NCBI GenBank assembly: GCA_030390025.1
Contig: JASTWF010000330.1
Coordinates: 1 to 64,000, forward strand
Length of the DNA stretch: 64,000 nt
Direction: 5' to 3'
Source of the DNA: Squalus acanthias
Lineage: Eukaryota
Shown piece after piece: positions 24,455-37,500 of this stretch. How positions within the stretch are numbered: the first letter of the stretch is position 1; each line of letters begins with the position of its first letter. A program made the position numbers and the translations under genes. Below the pieces are notes generated by a model. That model worked only from the letters and a program-made list of their open reading frames with translations, was not told the DNA's origin and searched no databases.

Positions 24455-25349
24455 GGGGGAAAAATTAGGCCGCGCCCCATTTGGGGCGCAAATATCGTCT
24501 GGACGAAAATATTAGCGCCTGGCGCTAATTATCGGCACTGACTGGAAACTTCACTTTTACCACCCCGGGAGGTGAGTGGAGCGCTAAATCAGGCGCTGCA
24601 CACCTGTCTTAAGGCGCAAAGGCCAAGGAGTGAGGCGCTAACTCAGAGCGCTGGCGAAGCTCATGTAATGTCAGTCAGCAATGGAACACACATACAATGG
24701 CACGGGCCAGTTCTTAAAGGGGATGGTTAATCTTGCTTTCCATCCACATCCTGTTCATTGCAGCCTTGAATCTTGGCCTGGAGAGACTTGCACATCAAAT
24801 GTGCTGGAAAGAACAATGGAGAGTACCAGGCAAAGAGCTCAGAGTGCAGCTCCCACAGTCTCTGCTAAATCGATACAAGGAATGGCAAATCAAAATGAAC
24901 CTGCAAAGTGCTGCTCAGTACCCAAAATTCCTTCACAGAACGTTGAATCTCTCCAGAAGTCTCTCCCTCTCTCTCTCAGAATGCGTAGTTCAAAAATGCC
25001 ACCAACAATAAAAGACAGGAAGAGGCCCCCTTTAAATAGCGCCCCCCCCCCAGCCCCACAGCGATTGATAGCGTTCCAGTCTTCTGGTCGTTGGATGCGC
25101 CAGGCGGTAAGGCAGGGTGCGCCACTCAATTTCCGCTCCGGGGCGCCACAAGGGCGTTGCACCATGGAATGACGTCACAATCTGCGCGCGCAGGTGGCCG
25201 CAGCGGTAAAGTTCAGCGCCGCCGCACAATCTCTAGTTAAGTTCCCGAGCGGTGCAAACATCGCTGCGCCCGGGCGTTAGCGGCTTTGCGCCCCATTAGC
25301 GCCCTCTTAAGGCGCTGACGGGAGGCGCAACCAACTGAATTTTTACCCC
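24455..25349. mobile_element. PIF/Harbinger-type non-autonomous element inserted in the satellite
   Basis: TIR gggggaaaaatt...aatttttacccc; 3-bp TSD TTA (24452-24454 and 25350-25352) recoverable from the satellite unit gatctTTAatattt. Confidence 0.75.
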
Positions 25350-26873
25350 TTAATATTTGTCTCATTGATGATATTATTTATTGTGGATTTGGAATAGATC
25401 TTTAATATTTGTCTCATTGATGATATAATTTATTGTGGATTTGGAACAGATCTTTAATATTTGTCTCATTCATGATATTATTTATTATGTATTTGGAATA
25501 GATCTTTAATATTTGTCTCATTGATGATATTATTTATTGTGGATTTGGAATAGATCTTTAATATTTGTCTCATTCATGATATTATTTATTGTGGATTTGG
25601 AATAGATCTTTAATAGTTGTCCCATTGATTATATTATTTATTTTGGATTTGGAATAGATCTTTAATATTTGTCTCATTGATGATATTATTTATTGTGGAT
25701 TTGGAATAGATCTTTAATATTTGTCTCATTGATGATATTATTTATGTGGATGTGGAATAGATCTTTAATATTTGTCTCATTGATGATATTATTTATTGTG
25801 GATTTGGAATAGATCTTTAATATTTGTCTCATTGATGATATTATTTATTGTGGATTTGGAATAGATCTTTAATATTTGTCTCATTGATGATATTATTTAT
25901 TGTGGATTTGGAATAGATCTTTAATATTTGTCTCATTGATGATATTATTTATTGTGGATTTGGAATAGATCTTTAATATTTGTCTACTTGTTTGATATTA
26001 TTTATTGTGGATTTGGAATAGATCTTTAATATTTGTCTCATTGATGATATTATTTATTGTGGATTTGGAATAGATCTTTAATATTTGTCTCATTGATGAT
26101 ATTATTTATTGTGGATTTGGAATAGATCTTTAATATTTGTCTCACTGTTTGATATTATTTATTGTGGATTTGGAATAGATCTTTAATATTTGTCTCATTG
26201 ATGATATTATTTATTGTGGATTTGGAATAGATCTTTAATATTTGTCTCAGTGTTTGTTATTATTTATTGTGGATTTGGAATAGATCTTTAATGTTTGTCT
26301 CAGTGTTTGTTATTATTTATTGTGGATTTGGAATAGATCTTTAATATTTGTCTCATTGATTATATTATTTATTGTGGATTTGGAATAGATCTTTAATATT
26401 TGTCTCATTGTTTGATATTATTTGTTGTGGATTTGGAATAGATCTTTAATATTTGTCTCAGTGTTTGTTATTATTTATTGTGGATTTGGAATTGATCTTT
26501 AATATTTGTCTCATTGATGATATTTATTGTGGATTTGGAATAGATCTTTAATATTTGTCTCATTGATGATATTATTTATTGTGGATTTGGAATAGATCTT
26601 TAATATTTGTCTCATTGTTTGATATTATTTATTGTGGATTTGGAATAGATCTTTAATATTTGTCTCATTGTTTGATATTATTTATTGTGGATTTGGAATA
26701 GATCTTTAATATTTGTCTCATTGATGATATTATTTATTGTGGATTTGGAATAGATCTTTAATATTTGTCTCATACATAGATACATAGATACATAGAAGAT
26801 AGGAGCAGGAGTAGGCCATCCGGCCCTTCGAGCCTGCTCCGCCATTTAATGAGATCATGGCTGATCCTCCAAT

Positions 26874-29741
26874 TCAGTATCCCGTCCCCGCCTTCTCTCC
26901 ATAACCCTTAACCCCTTTTGCCTGTAGAAATATATCCAATTCCCTCTTAAATATATTTAATGAGCTGGCGTACACTGTCCTCTGTGGCAATGAGTTCCAC
27001 AGGTTCACCACCCTCTGAGTGAAGAAATTCCCCCTCATTTCTGTCCTAAATGGTTTAGCCCTTATCCTTAAATTATGTCCTCTAGTTCTGTTCTCACCCG
27101 CCAAGGGACACATTCCTTCTGCATCTAGTCTGTCTAGACCTGTCAGAATTTTATACACTTCTATGACGTCCCCTCTCAATCTTCTAAACTCCAGTGTGTA
27201 CATCCCTAAACTACATAGTCTCTCCTCATAGGTCAATCCCGCCATTCCTGGTATCAGCCTGGTGAATCGCCGCTGCACCCCCTCCATGGCAAGAACATCT
27301 TTCCTCAGATGAGGCGACCAAAACTGTACACAGTACTCGAGGTGTGGTCTCACCAGTGCCCTGTACAGCTGCAGCAAGGTATCCCTGTTCCTGTATTCCA
27401 ACCCTTTTGCTATGAAGGCCAGCATACCGTTTGCCTTCTTGACCGCCTTTTGCACCTGCATGCTCGCCTTCAGTGACTGGTGTACAAGAACACCCAGGTC
27501 TCTCTGTACTTCCCCCTCTCCCAATTTATTGCCATTTAAATAATAATTTGCCCTCCCGTTCCTGCACCCAAGGTGGATAACTTCGCACTTGTCCACATTA
27601 TAGTGCATCTGCCATTTATCCGCCCAATCACCCAGTCTGTCCAAATCGCTCTGGAGCTTCCTGGTCTCCTCCTCTGAGCCCACCCCCCCTCCTAGTTTAG
27701 TGTCGTCTGCAAATTTGGAAATGCTGCATCCGACTCCCTGATCCAGGTCATTAATGTAAATTGTGAACAGCTGGGGACCCAGGACAGATCCCTGTGGTAC
27801 CCCACTTGTTACTGCCTGCCATTCCGAAAATGAGCCGTTTATTCCAACTCTCTGTTTTCTATCTGACAGCCAGTTCTCTATCCACGTCAATACTTTCCCC
27901 TTTATCCCATGAGCTTCAATTTTCCCTGCTAATCTTTTATGTGGGACCTTATCGAAGGCCTTTTGGAAGTCCAGGTACACCACATCTACTGGCTCTCCCC
28001 CATCTATTTTACCAGTTACTCCCTCAAAAAATTCCAATAGATTAGTCAAGCACGATTTACCCTTTGTAAATCCATGTTGACTCTGTCCTATCCTGTCCCC
28101 ATTTGCTAAGTGCTCCGCTATTTCATCCTTAATGATGGACTCCAGCATTTTGCCCACAACTGATGTAAGGCTTACAGGTCTGTAATTACCTGCTTTTTCC
28201 CTACCCCCCTTTTTGAATAGTGGGGTAACGTTAGCTACCCTCCAATCCATGGGCACTGTTCCCGAGTCTAATGAATTCTGAAAAATCATACTTAGTGCAT
28301 CCGCTATCTCTAGGGCCACCTCCTTCAGCACCCTAGGATGCATGTTATCAGGCCCTGGGGATTTGTCCGCCTTCAATCCCTTTAGCTTCCTTAACACCAT
28401 ATCCTTAGAGATATTGATTTGCGTCAGTTCCTCCTTTGCAAATGTCCCTATTTTTCCCGATATCCCAGGGAGGTTTTTTGTGTCTTCCTTCGTAAAGACT
28501 GACCCAAAGTATGCATTTAGTTGGTCTGCCATTTCCTTATTTCCCGTTATATATTCCCCCGTATCTGACTGCAATGGGCCAACTTTGGTTTTCACCAGTC
28601 TTTTCCTCTTGATATACTTATAAAAGCTTTTGGAGTTAGTTTTTATATTTTCCGCCAGCTTGCTTTCGTAAGCTATTTTGCCCCTCTTGATTAAGCCCTT
28701 TGTCCTCCTTTGCTCTATCTTAAACTGTTCCCAATCTTCCGCTCTGGCGCTTTTTTTGGCTATTTTATACGCCCTATCTTTGGATTTTATGCTGTCTCTA
28801 ATTTCCCCTGTTATCCACGGTTGAATCACCTTTTTAGATTTCCTTTTATGCCAGATTGGTATAAACAATTTTTGCAATTTTGTCATTCTATCTTTAAATG
28901 CTTGCCATTGTTTATCTACCTCCAGTCCTCCCAGGAACGTTGTCCAATCAGACCTACTCAGTTCCCGTCTAATGGCATCATAATTCCCCTTGTTTAAATT
29001 CAGGACCTTAGTCTCTGAGTCAATTTCTTCGCTCTCCATTTCGAGTGAGAAATCGATCATGTTATGATCGCTCTGACCCAAGGGTCCCCGTACAACAAGA
29101 TTACTAATTAGTCCCTTCTCATTGCACAGTACCCAGTCCAATATAGCCTGTTCCCGAGTTGGTTCCTCGACATATTGATCCAGATAACCATCCCTTAAAC
29201 ACTCAAGGAATTCCTCCTCCTCATTATTTTTACTGATTAGGCTAGTCCAATCTATATGTAAGTTAAAGTCACCTATGATGACAGCTGTGCTCTTATTGCA
29301 CGCTTCTCTAATTTCCCTCGTGATGCCCTCCCCAACCTCTATTTTACTATTTGGAGGCCTATATACCACTCCTATTAATGTTTTTCGCCCCTCGCTATTT
29401 CTTAGCTCCACCCATATAGATTCTGTATTAACTGAGTTAATATCCTTCCTTTCAATTGCATTTATCCCCTCTTTTACCAGCAATGCTACCCCTCCTCCCT
29501 TTCTTTTTTGTCGATCCTTCCTAAATACTGAATACCCCTGTATGTTAAGCTCCCAGCCCTGCTCACCCTGCAACCATGTTTCCGTAATCCCAATTAGATC
29601 ATAATTATTAACCTCTATTTCCACAGCTAATTCATCTACCTTGTTCCTGATGCTTCTCGCATTAAGGTATAAAACCCTCAGGCTTTTTTTATGCTCACAT
29701 TTTTTATGAATTAGTTTGGCCCTTTGTTTTTTGTTCCTCAC
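26874..29741 (-). CDS. CR1 ORF2, APE endonuclease + reverse transcriptase (955 aa)
   Basis: YLNARS, GITETW, GDFN, SDHN, NYRPVSLTS, GVPQGSVLGP, FADD; no stops. Confidence 0.96.
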   Translation of the reverse strand: MRNKKQRAKLIHKKCEHKKSLRVLYLNARSIRNKVDELAVEIEVNNYDLIGITETWLQGEQGWELNIQGYSVFRKDRQKRKGGGVALLVKEGINAIERKDINSVNTESIWVELRNSEGRKTLIGVVYRPPNSKIEVGEGITREIREACNKSTAVIIGDFNLHIDWTSLISKNNEEEEFLECLRDGYLDQYVEEPTREQAILDWVLCNEKGLISNLVVRGPLGQSDHNMIDFSLEMESEEIDSETKVLNLNKGNYDAIRRELSRSDWTTFLGGLEVDKQWQAFKDRMTKLQKLFIPIWHKRKSKKVIQPWITGEIRDSIKSKDRAYKIAKKSARAEDWEQFKIEQRRTKGLIKRGKIAYESKLAENIKTNSKSFYKYIKRKRLVKTKVGPLQSDTGEYITGNKEMADQLNAYFGSVFTKEDTKNLPGISGKIGTFAKEELTQINISKDMVLRKLKGLKADKSPGPDNMHPRVLKEVALEIADALSMIFQNSLDSGTVPMDWRVANVTPLFKKGGREKAGNYRPVSLTSVVGKMLESIIKDEIAEHLANGDRIGQSQHGFTKGKSCLTNLLEFFEGVTGKIDGGEPVDVVYLDFQKAFDKVPHKRLAGKIEAHGIKGKVLTWIENWLSDRKQRVGINGSFSEWQAVTSGVPQGSVLGPQLFTIYINDLDQGVGCSISKFADDTKLGGGVGSEEETRKLQSDLDRLGDWADKWQMHYNVDKCEVIHLGCRNGRANYYLNGNKLGEGEVQRDLGVLVHQSLKASMQVQKAVKKANGMLAFIAKGLEYRNRDTLLQLYRALVRPHLEYCVQFWSPHLRKDVLAMEGVQRRFTRLIPGMAGLTYEERLCSLGMYTLEFRRLRGDVIEVYKILTGLDRLDAEGMCPLAGENRTRGHNLRIRAKPFRTEMRGNFFTQRVVNLWNSLPQRTVYASSLNIFKRELDIFLQAKGVKGYGEKAGTGY

Positions 29742-29815
29742 CCTTTTACCATTTATTTCTGTCTGCCTTTCACTTTCCTCTATTTCACTACATAGGTTTC
29801 TAGCCCCCTGCCATA

Positions 29816-30763
29816 CTAGTTTAAATGCTCCCGAACTGCTTTATCAAAAATTACCCCGAGAACATCAGTTCCATCTTTGCACAGGTGTAGACCGTCCCTT
29901 TTGTATAGGTCACACCTACCACAAAACTGGTTCCAATGCCTCAAAAATTTAAAACCCTCCCTCTTACACCACTGCTCAAGCCACGTATTTAGCCTAACTA
30001 TCCTGTTCTCTGTACTCTTACTAGCACGTGGCACTGGTAGTAATCCAGAGATTACTACCTTCGAGGTCCTACTTTTTAGCTTGGCTCCTAACTCCCTAAA
30101 TTCTACTTGTAGGACCTCTTCCCTTTTTTTAGCTACGTCATTGGTACCAACATGTATCACGACAACTGGCTGTTCCCCCTCCCCCTCCAGAATGTTCTGC
30201 ACCCGCGCCGAGACATCCTTGACCCTTGCACCAGGGAGGCAACATACCATCCTGGAGTCTCGGTCGCGACCACAGAAACCCCTATCTATTCCCCTTACAA
30301 TCGAATCCCCTATTACTATAGCCCTGCCACTCTTTTTCCCTCCCTTCTTTGCAACAGAGCCAGTCATGGTGCCATGAGCCTGGCTGATGGTGCCTTCCCC
30401 CGATGAGTCATCCCCCCCGACAACAGCACCTAAGGCGGTGAACCTGTTGCTAAGGGAGACAACCCCAGGGGATTTCTGCACTACCTTCCTGCCCTTGCTC
30501 TGCCTTTTGGTCACCCATGTACTATCTACGCTGGCCTTAACCTGCGGTGTGACCAACTCACTAAATGTGCTATCCACAACCCTCTCAGAATCGTGGATGC
30601 TCCAAAGTGAGTCCATCCGCAGCTCAAGGGCCGTCATGCGGTCCCACATGAGCTGCAGCTGGACACACTTCCCGCACACATGGTTGTCAGGGACACAGGA
30701 AGCGTCCCTGATTTCCCACATGTTACAGGAGGAGCATGACACAGGTCCGAGCTCTACTGCCAT
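29816..30763 (-). CDS. CR1 ORF1, zinc finger/coiled coil + SGNH esterase (315 aa)
   Basis: CSSC..CGKC, IVIGDSIVRG, HVGTND, DGLHL. Confidence 0.93.
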   Translation of the reverse strand: MAVELGPVSCSSCNMWEIRDASCVPDNHVCGKCVQLQLMWDRMTALELRMDSLWSIHDSERVVDSTFSELVTPQVKASVDSTWVTKRQSKGRKVVQKSPGVVSLSNRFTALGAVVGGDDSSGEGTISQAHGTMTGSVAKKGGKKSGRAIVIGDSIVRGIDRGFCGRDRDSRMVCCLPGARVKDVSARVQNILEGEGEQPVVVIHVGTNDVAKKREEVLQVEFRELGAKLKSRTSKVVISGLLPVPRASKSTENRIVRLNTWLEQWCKREGFKFLRHWNQFCGRCDLYKRDGLHLCKDGTDVLGVIFDKAVREHLN

Positions 30764-31237
30764 GACTTAACCCTTATATTACTTTTTAATTTTCTAGTTT
30801 TAGTTTATTTATTGACTTTTGTTTTCCCGAAGCTTACTTAGACCAATGTATACTGTACTCCTCTTATTCCTTTTTAAACTAACCAAATCCCACTAGTTTT
30901 AGTTTTACTTTCTAGGAAGGTTTGAGGAAAGTACTTACCAGTTAGTCTTACCTCCCTGGTCTTTCGCTGACTTCCCGGTCTTGTGTCCCCTTGGTCCTAC
31001 GCCGACTTCCCGCTCCTCCCGGTTCCTGCCCTGCTGAAAAGAAACTGAGACCAAAAAATTTGTGACCTCTGTTTTTAGACTGTTAAAAGACTAGTAGGTT
31101 AGAGGAGGAGGGCGGGTGGGGGTTCCTACTCTGTAGGAACTCGGGTTTAAGCCACCACCCTCCTTAAATGCTGTTCACCTGGGTGCTTCCCAACTGGTCC
31201 GCTTCCGGTCTCGTCTCTCCCGACAACAGCCTGTGAA

Positions 31238-31822
31238 AGAAAAGCCCGCGAAAGTGAGTTTAAATACTCACTGTGCTGCTGCTCTCTCCGCTCCCGACAC
31301 TGGCCTCTGCAAGAAAAGCCCGCGAAAGTGAGTTTAAATACTCACTGTGCTGCTGCTCTCTCCGCTCCCGACACTGGCCTCTGCAAGAAAAGCCCGCGAA
31401 AGTGAGTTTAAATACTCACTGTGCTGCTGCTCTCGTCTCTCCCGACACTGGCCTCTGCAAAAAAAGCCCGCGAAAGTGAGTTTAAATACTCACTGTGCTG
31501 CTGCTCTCTCCGCTCCCGACACTGGCCTCTGCAAAAAAAGCCCGCGAAAGTGAGTTTAACTATTCACTGTGCTGCTGCTCTCTCCTCTCCCGACACTGGC
31601 CTCTGCAAAAAAGCCCGCGAAAGTGAGTTTAACTACTCACTGTGCTGCTGCTCTCTCCGCTCCCGACACTGGCCTCTGCAAAAAAAGCCCGCGAAAGTGA
31701 GTTTAACTACTCACTGTGCTGCTGCTCTCTCCGCTCCCGACACTGGCCTCTGCAAGAAAAGCCCGCGAAAGTGAGTTTAAATACTCACTGTGCTGCTGCT
31801 CTCTCCGCTCCCGACACTGGCC
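31238..31822 (-). repeat. 74-bp tandem monomers at the CR1 5' end, about 8 copies
   Basis: Unit ggcctctgcaaaaaaagcccgcgaaagtgagtttaaatactcactgtgctgctgctctctccgctcccgacact. Confidence 0.95.
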
Positions 31823-33980
31823 TTGATTGATATTATTTATTGTGGATTTGGAATAGATCTTTAATATTTGTCTCAGTGTTTGTTATTATTTATTGTGGAT
31901 TTGGAATTGATCTTTAATATTTGTCTCATTGATGATATTATTTATTGTGGATTTGGAATAGATCTTTAATATTTGTCTCATTGTTTGATATTATTTGTTG
32001 TGGATTTGGAATAGATCTTTAATAGTTGTCTCATTGTTTGATATTATTTGTTGTGGATTTGGAATAGATCTTTAATATTTGTCTCATTGATGATATAATT
32101 TATTGTGGATTTGGAACAGATCTTTAATATTTGTCTCATTGATGATATTATTTCTTGTGGATTTAGAATAGATCTTTAATATTTGTCTCATTGTTTGATA
32201 TTATTTGTTGTGGATTTGGAATAGATCTTTAATATTTGTCTCATTGATGATATTATTTATTGTGGATTTGGAATAGATCTTTAATATTTGTCTCCGGGTT
32301 TGATATTATTTATTGTGGATTTGGAATAGATCTTTAATATTTGTCTCATTGATGATATTATTTATTGTGGATTTGGAATAGATCTTTAATATTTGCCTCA
32401 TTGAAGATATTATTTATTGTGGATTTGGAATAGATCTTTAATATTTGTCTCATTGATGATATTATTTATTGTGGATTTGGAATAGATCTTTAATATTTGT
32501 CTCATTGAAGATATTATTTATTGTGGATTTGGAATAGATCTTTAATATTTGTCTCAGTGTTTGATATTATTTATTGTCGATTTGCAATAGATCTTTAATA
32601 TTTGTCTCATTGATGATATTATTTATTGTCGATTTGGAATAGATCTTTAATATTTGTCTCATTGATTATATTATTTATTGTCGATTTGGAATAGATCTTT
32701 AATATTTGTCTCATTGATTATATTATTTATTGTCGATTTGGAATAGATCTTTAATATTTGTCTCATTGATATTTTTTATTGTGGATTTGGAATTGATCTT
32801 TAATATTTGTCTCATTGATGATATTATTTATTGTGGATTTGGAATAGATCTTTAATATTTGTCTCATTGATGATATTATTTATTGTGGATTTGGAATAGA
32901 TCTTTAATATTTGTCCCATTGATGATATTATTTATTGTGGATTTGGAATAGATCTTTAATATTTGTCACAATGATGATATTATTTATTGTGGATTTGGAA
33001 TAGATCTTTAATATTTGTCTCATTGATTATATTATTTATTGTGGATTTGGAATAGATCTTTAATATTTGTCTCATTGATGATATTATTCATTGTGGATTT
33101 GGAATAGATCCTTAATATTTGTCTCATTGATGATATTATTTATTGTGGATTTGGAATAGATCTTTAATATTTGTCTCATTCTTTGATATAATTTATTGTG
33201 GATTTGGAATAGATCTTTAATATTTGCCTCATTCTTTGATATAATTTATTGTGGATTTGGAATAGATCTTAAATATTTGTCTCATTGATGATATTATTTA
33301 TTGTGGATTTGGAATAGATCTTTAATATTTGTCTCATTCTTTGATATAATTTATTGTGGATTTGGAATAGATCTTTTATATTTGCCTCATTCTTTGATAT
33401 AATTTATTGTGGATTTGGAATAGATCTTAAATATTTGTCTCATTGATGATATTATTTATTGTGGATTTGGAATAGATCTTTAATATTTGTCTCATTGATG
33501 ATATTATTTATTGTGGATTTGGAATAGATCTTTAATATTTGTCTCATTGATGATATTATTTATTGTGGATTTGGAATAGATCTTTAATATTTGTCTCATT
33601 GATGATATTATTTATTGTGGATTTGGAATAGATCTTTAATATTTGTCTCATTGATGATATTATTCATTGTGGATTTGGAATAGATCTTTAATATTTGTCT
33701 CATTGTTTGATATTAATTATTGTGGATTTAGAATAGATCTTTAATATTTGTCACATTAATGATATTTATTGTGGATTTGGAATACATCTTTAATATTTGT
33801 TTCATTGATGATATTATTTATTGTGGATTTAGATTAGATCTTTAATATTTGTCACATCGATACTATTATTTATTGTGGATTTGGAATAGATCTTTAATAT
33901 TTGTCTCAGTGTTTGATATTATTTATTATGTATTTGGAATAGATCTTTAATATTTGTCTCATTGATGATATTATTTATTG

Positions 33981-34502
33981 TGGCCTCTGCAAGAAAAGCC
34001 CGCGAAAGTGAGTTTAAATACTCACTGTGCTGCTGCTCTCGTCTCTCCCGACACTGGCCTCTGCAAAAAAAGCCCGCGAAAGTGAGTTTAAATACTCACT
34101 GTGCTGCTGCTCTCTCCGCTCCCGACACTGGCCTCTGCAAAAAAAGCCCGCGAAAGTGAGTTTAAATACTCACTGTGCTGCTGCTCTCTCCGCTCCCGAC
34201 ACTGGCCTCTGCAAAAAAAGCCCGCGAAAGTGAGTTTAACTATTCACTGTGCTGCTGCTCTCTCCTCTCCCGACACGGGCCTCTGCAAAAAAGCCCGCGA
34301 AAGTGAGTTTAACTACTCACTGTGCTGCTGCTCTCTCCGCTCCCGACACTGGCCTCTGCAAAAAAAGCCCGCGAAAGTGAGTTTAACTACTCACTGTGCT
34401 GCTGCTCTCTCCGCTCCCGACACTGGCCTCTGCAAGAAAAGCCCGCAAAAGTGAGTTTAAATACTCACTGTGCTGCTGCTCTCTCCGCTCCCGACACTGG
34501 CC
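33981..34502 (-). repeat. Orphan block of about 7 CR1 5' monomers, part of a ~2.7-kb tandem duplication
   Basis: Same monomers and the same downstream satellite variants as 31375-33980 (offset 2680). Confidence 0.93.
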
Positions 34503-37500
34503 TTGATTGATATTATTTATTGTGGATTTGGAATAGATCTTTAATATTTGTCTCAGTGTTTGTTATTATTTATTGTGGATTTGGAATTGATCTTTAATAT
34601 TTGTCTCATTGATGATATTATTTATTGTGGATTTGGAATAGATCTTTAATATTTGTCTCATTGTTTGATATTATTTGTTGTGGATTTGGAATAGATCTTT
34701 AATAGTTGTCTCATTGTTTGATATTATTTGTTGTGGATTTGGAATAGATCTTTAATATTTGTCTCATTGATGATATAATTTATTGTGGATTTGGAACAGA
34801 TCTTTAATATTTGTCTCATTGATGATATTATTTCTTGTGGATTTAGAATAGATCTTTAATATTTGTCTCATTGTTTGATATTATTTGTTGTGGATTTGGA
34901 ATAGATCTTTAATATTTGTCTCATTGATGATATTATTTATTGTGGATTTGGAATAGATCTTTAATATTTGTCTCCGGGTTTGATATTATTTATTGTGGAT
35001 TTGGAATAGATCTTTAATATTTGTCTCATTGATGATATTATTTATTGTGGATTTGGAATAGATCTTTAATATTTGCCTCATTGAAGATATTATTTATTGT
35101 GGATTTGGAATAGATCTTTAATATTTGTCTCATTGATGATATTATTTATTGTGGATTTGGAATAGATCTTTAATATTTGTCTCATTGAAGATATTATTTA
35201 TTGTGGATTTGGAATAGATCTTTAATATTTGTCTCAGTGTTTGATATTATTTATTGTCGATTTGCAATAGATCTTTAATATTTGTCTCATTGATGATATT
35301 ATTTATTGTCGATTTGGAATAGATCTTTAATATTTGTCTCATTGATTATATTATTTATTGTCGATTTGGAATAGATCTTTAATATTTGTCTCATTGATTA
35401 TATTATTTATTGTCGATTTGGAATAGATCTTTAATATTTGTCTCATTGATATTTTTTATTGTGGATTTGGAATTGATCTTTAATATTTGTCTCATTGATG
35501 ATATTATTTATTGTGGATTTGGAATAGATCTTTAATATTTGTCTCATTGATGATATTATTTATTGTGGATTTGGAATAGATCTTTAATATTTGTCCCATT
35601 GATGATATTATTTATTGTGGATTTGGAATAGATCTTTAATATTTGTCACAATGATGATATTATTTATTGTGGATTTGGAATAGATCTTTAATATTTGTCT
35701 CATTGATTATATTATTTATTGTGGATTTGGAATAGATCTTTAATATTTGTCTCATTGATGATATTATTCATTGTGGATTTGGAATAGATCCTTAATATTT
35801 GTCTCATTGATGATATTATTTATTGTGGATTTGGAATAGATCTTTAATATTTGTCTCATTCTTTGATATAATTTATTGTGGATTTGGAATAGATCTTTAA
35901 TATTTGCCTCATTCTTTGATATAATTTATTGTGGATTTGGAATAGATCTTAAATATTTGTCTCATTGATGATATTATTTATTGTGGATTTGGAATAGATC
36001 TTTAATATTTGTCTCATTCTTTGATATAATTTATTGTGGATTTGGAATAGATCTTTTATATTTGCCTCATTCTTTGATATAATTTATTGTGGATTTGGAA
36101 TAGATCTTAAATATTTGTCTCATTGATGATATTATTTATTGTGGATTTGGAATAGATCTTTAATATTTGTCTCATTGATGATATTATTTATTGTGGATTT
36201 GGAATAGATCTTTAATATTTGTCTCATTGATGATATTATTTATTGTGGATTTGGAATAGATCTTTAATATTTGTCTCATTGATGATATTATTTATTGTGG
36301 ATTTGGAATAGATCTTTAATATTTGTCTCATTGATGATATTATTCATTGTGGATTTGGAATAGATCTTTAATATTTGTCTCATTGTTTGATATTAATTAT
36401 TGTGGATTTAGAATAGATCTTTAATATTTGTCACATTAATGATATTTATTGTGGATTTGGAATACATCTTTAATATTTGTTTCATTGATGATATTATTTA
36501 TTGTGGATTTAGAATAGATCTTTAATATTTGTCACATCGATACTATTATTTATTGTGGATTTGGAATAGATCTTTAATATTTGTCTCAGTGTTTGATATT
36601 ATTTATTATGTATTTGGAATAGATCTTTAATATTTGTCTCATTGATGATATTATTTATTGTGGATTTGGAATAGATCTTTAATATTTGTCTCATTGATGA
36701 TATTATTTATTGTGGATTTGGAATAGATCTTTAATATTTGTGTCATTGATGATATTATTCATTGTGGATTTGGAATAGATCTTTAATATTTGTCTCATTC
36801 TTTGATATAATTTATTGTGGATTTGGAATAGATCTTAAATATTTGTCTCATTGATGATATTATTTATTGTGGATTTGGAATAGAACTTTAATATTTGTCT
36901 CATTGATGATATTATTTATTGTGGATTTGGAAGAGATCTTTAATATTTGTCTCATTGATGATATTATTTATTGTGGATTTGGAATAGATCTTTAATATTT
37001 GTCTCATTGTTTGATATTTATTGTGGATTTGGAATAGATCTTTAATATTTGTCTCAGTGTTTGATATAATTTATTGTGGATTTGGAATAGATCTTAAATA
37101 TTTGTCTCATTGATGATATTATTTATTGTGGATTTGGAATAGAACTTTAATATTTGTCTCATTGATGATATTATTTATTGTGGATTTGGAAGAGATCTTT
37201 AATATTTGTCTCATTGATGATATTATTTATTGTGGATTTGGAATAGATCTTTAATATTTGTCTCATTGATGATATTATTTATTGTGGATTTGGAATAGAT
37301 CTTTAATATTTGTCTCATTGATGATATTATTTATTGTGGATTTGGAATAGATCTTTAATATTTGTCTCATTGATATTATTTATTGTGGATTTGGAATACA
37401 TCTTTAATATTTGTCTCATTGTTTGATATTAATTATTGTGGATTTAGAATAGATCTTTAATATTTGTCACATTGATGATATTTATTGTGGATTTGGAATA

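Larger units (their letters stand above)
26774..31822 (-). mobile_element. Full-length CR1 LINE with intact ORF1 and ORF2
   Basis: 5' tandem monomers, ORF1, ORF2 and (tatctatg)n tail; satellite resumes on both sides. Confidence 0.97.

Noticed and set aside
24681..25229. ORFs inside the Harbinger-type element
   Set aside because: No recognisable transposase or intact Myb/SANT domain
31238..34502. CACAGTG heptamers (also at 21448) as V(D)J recombination signals
   Set aside because: No ACAAAAACC-like nonamer at 12/23 spacing and no Ig/TCR segments nearby
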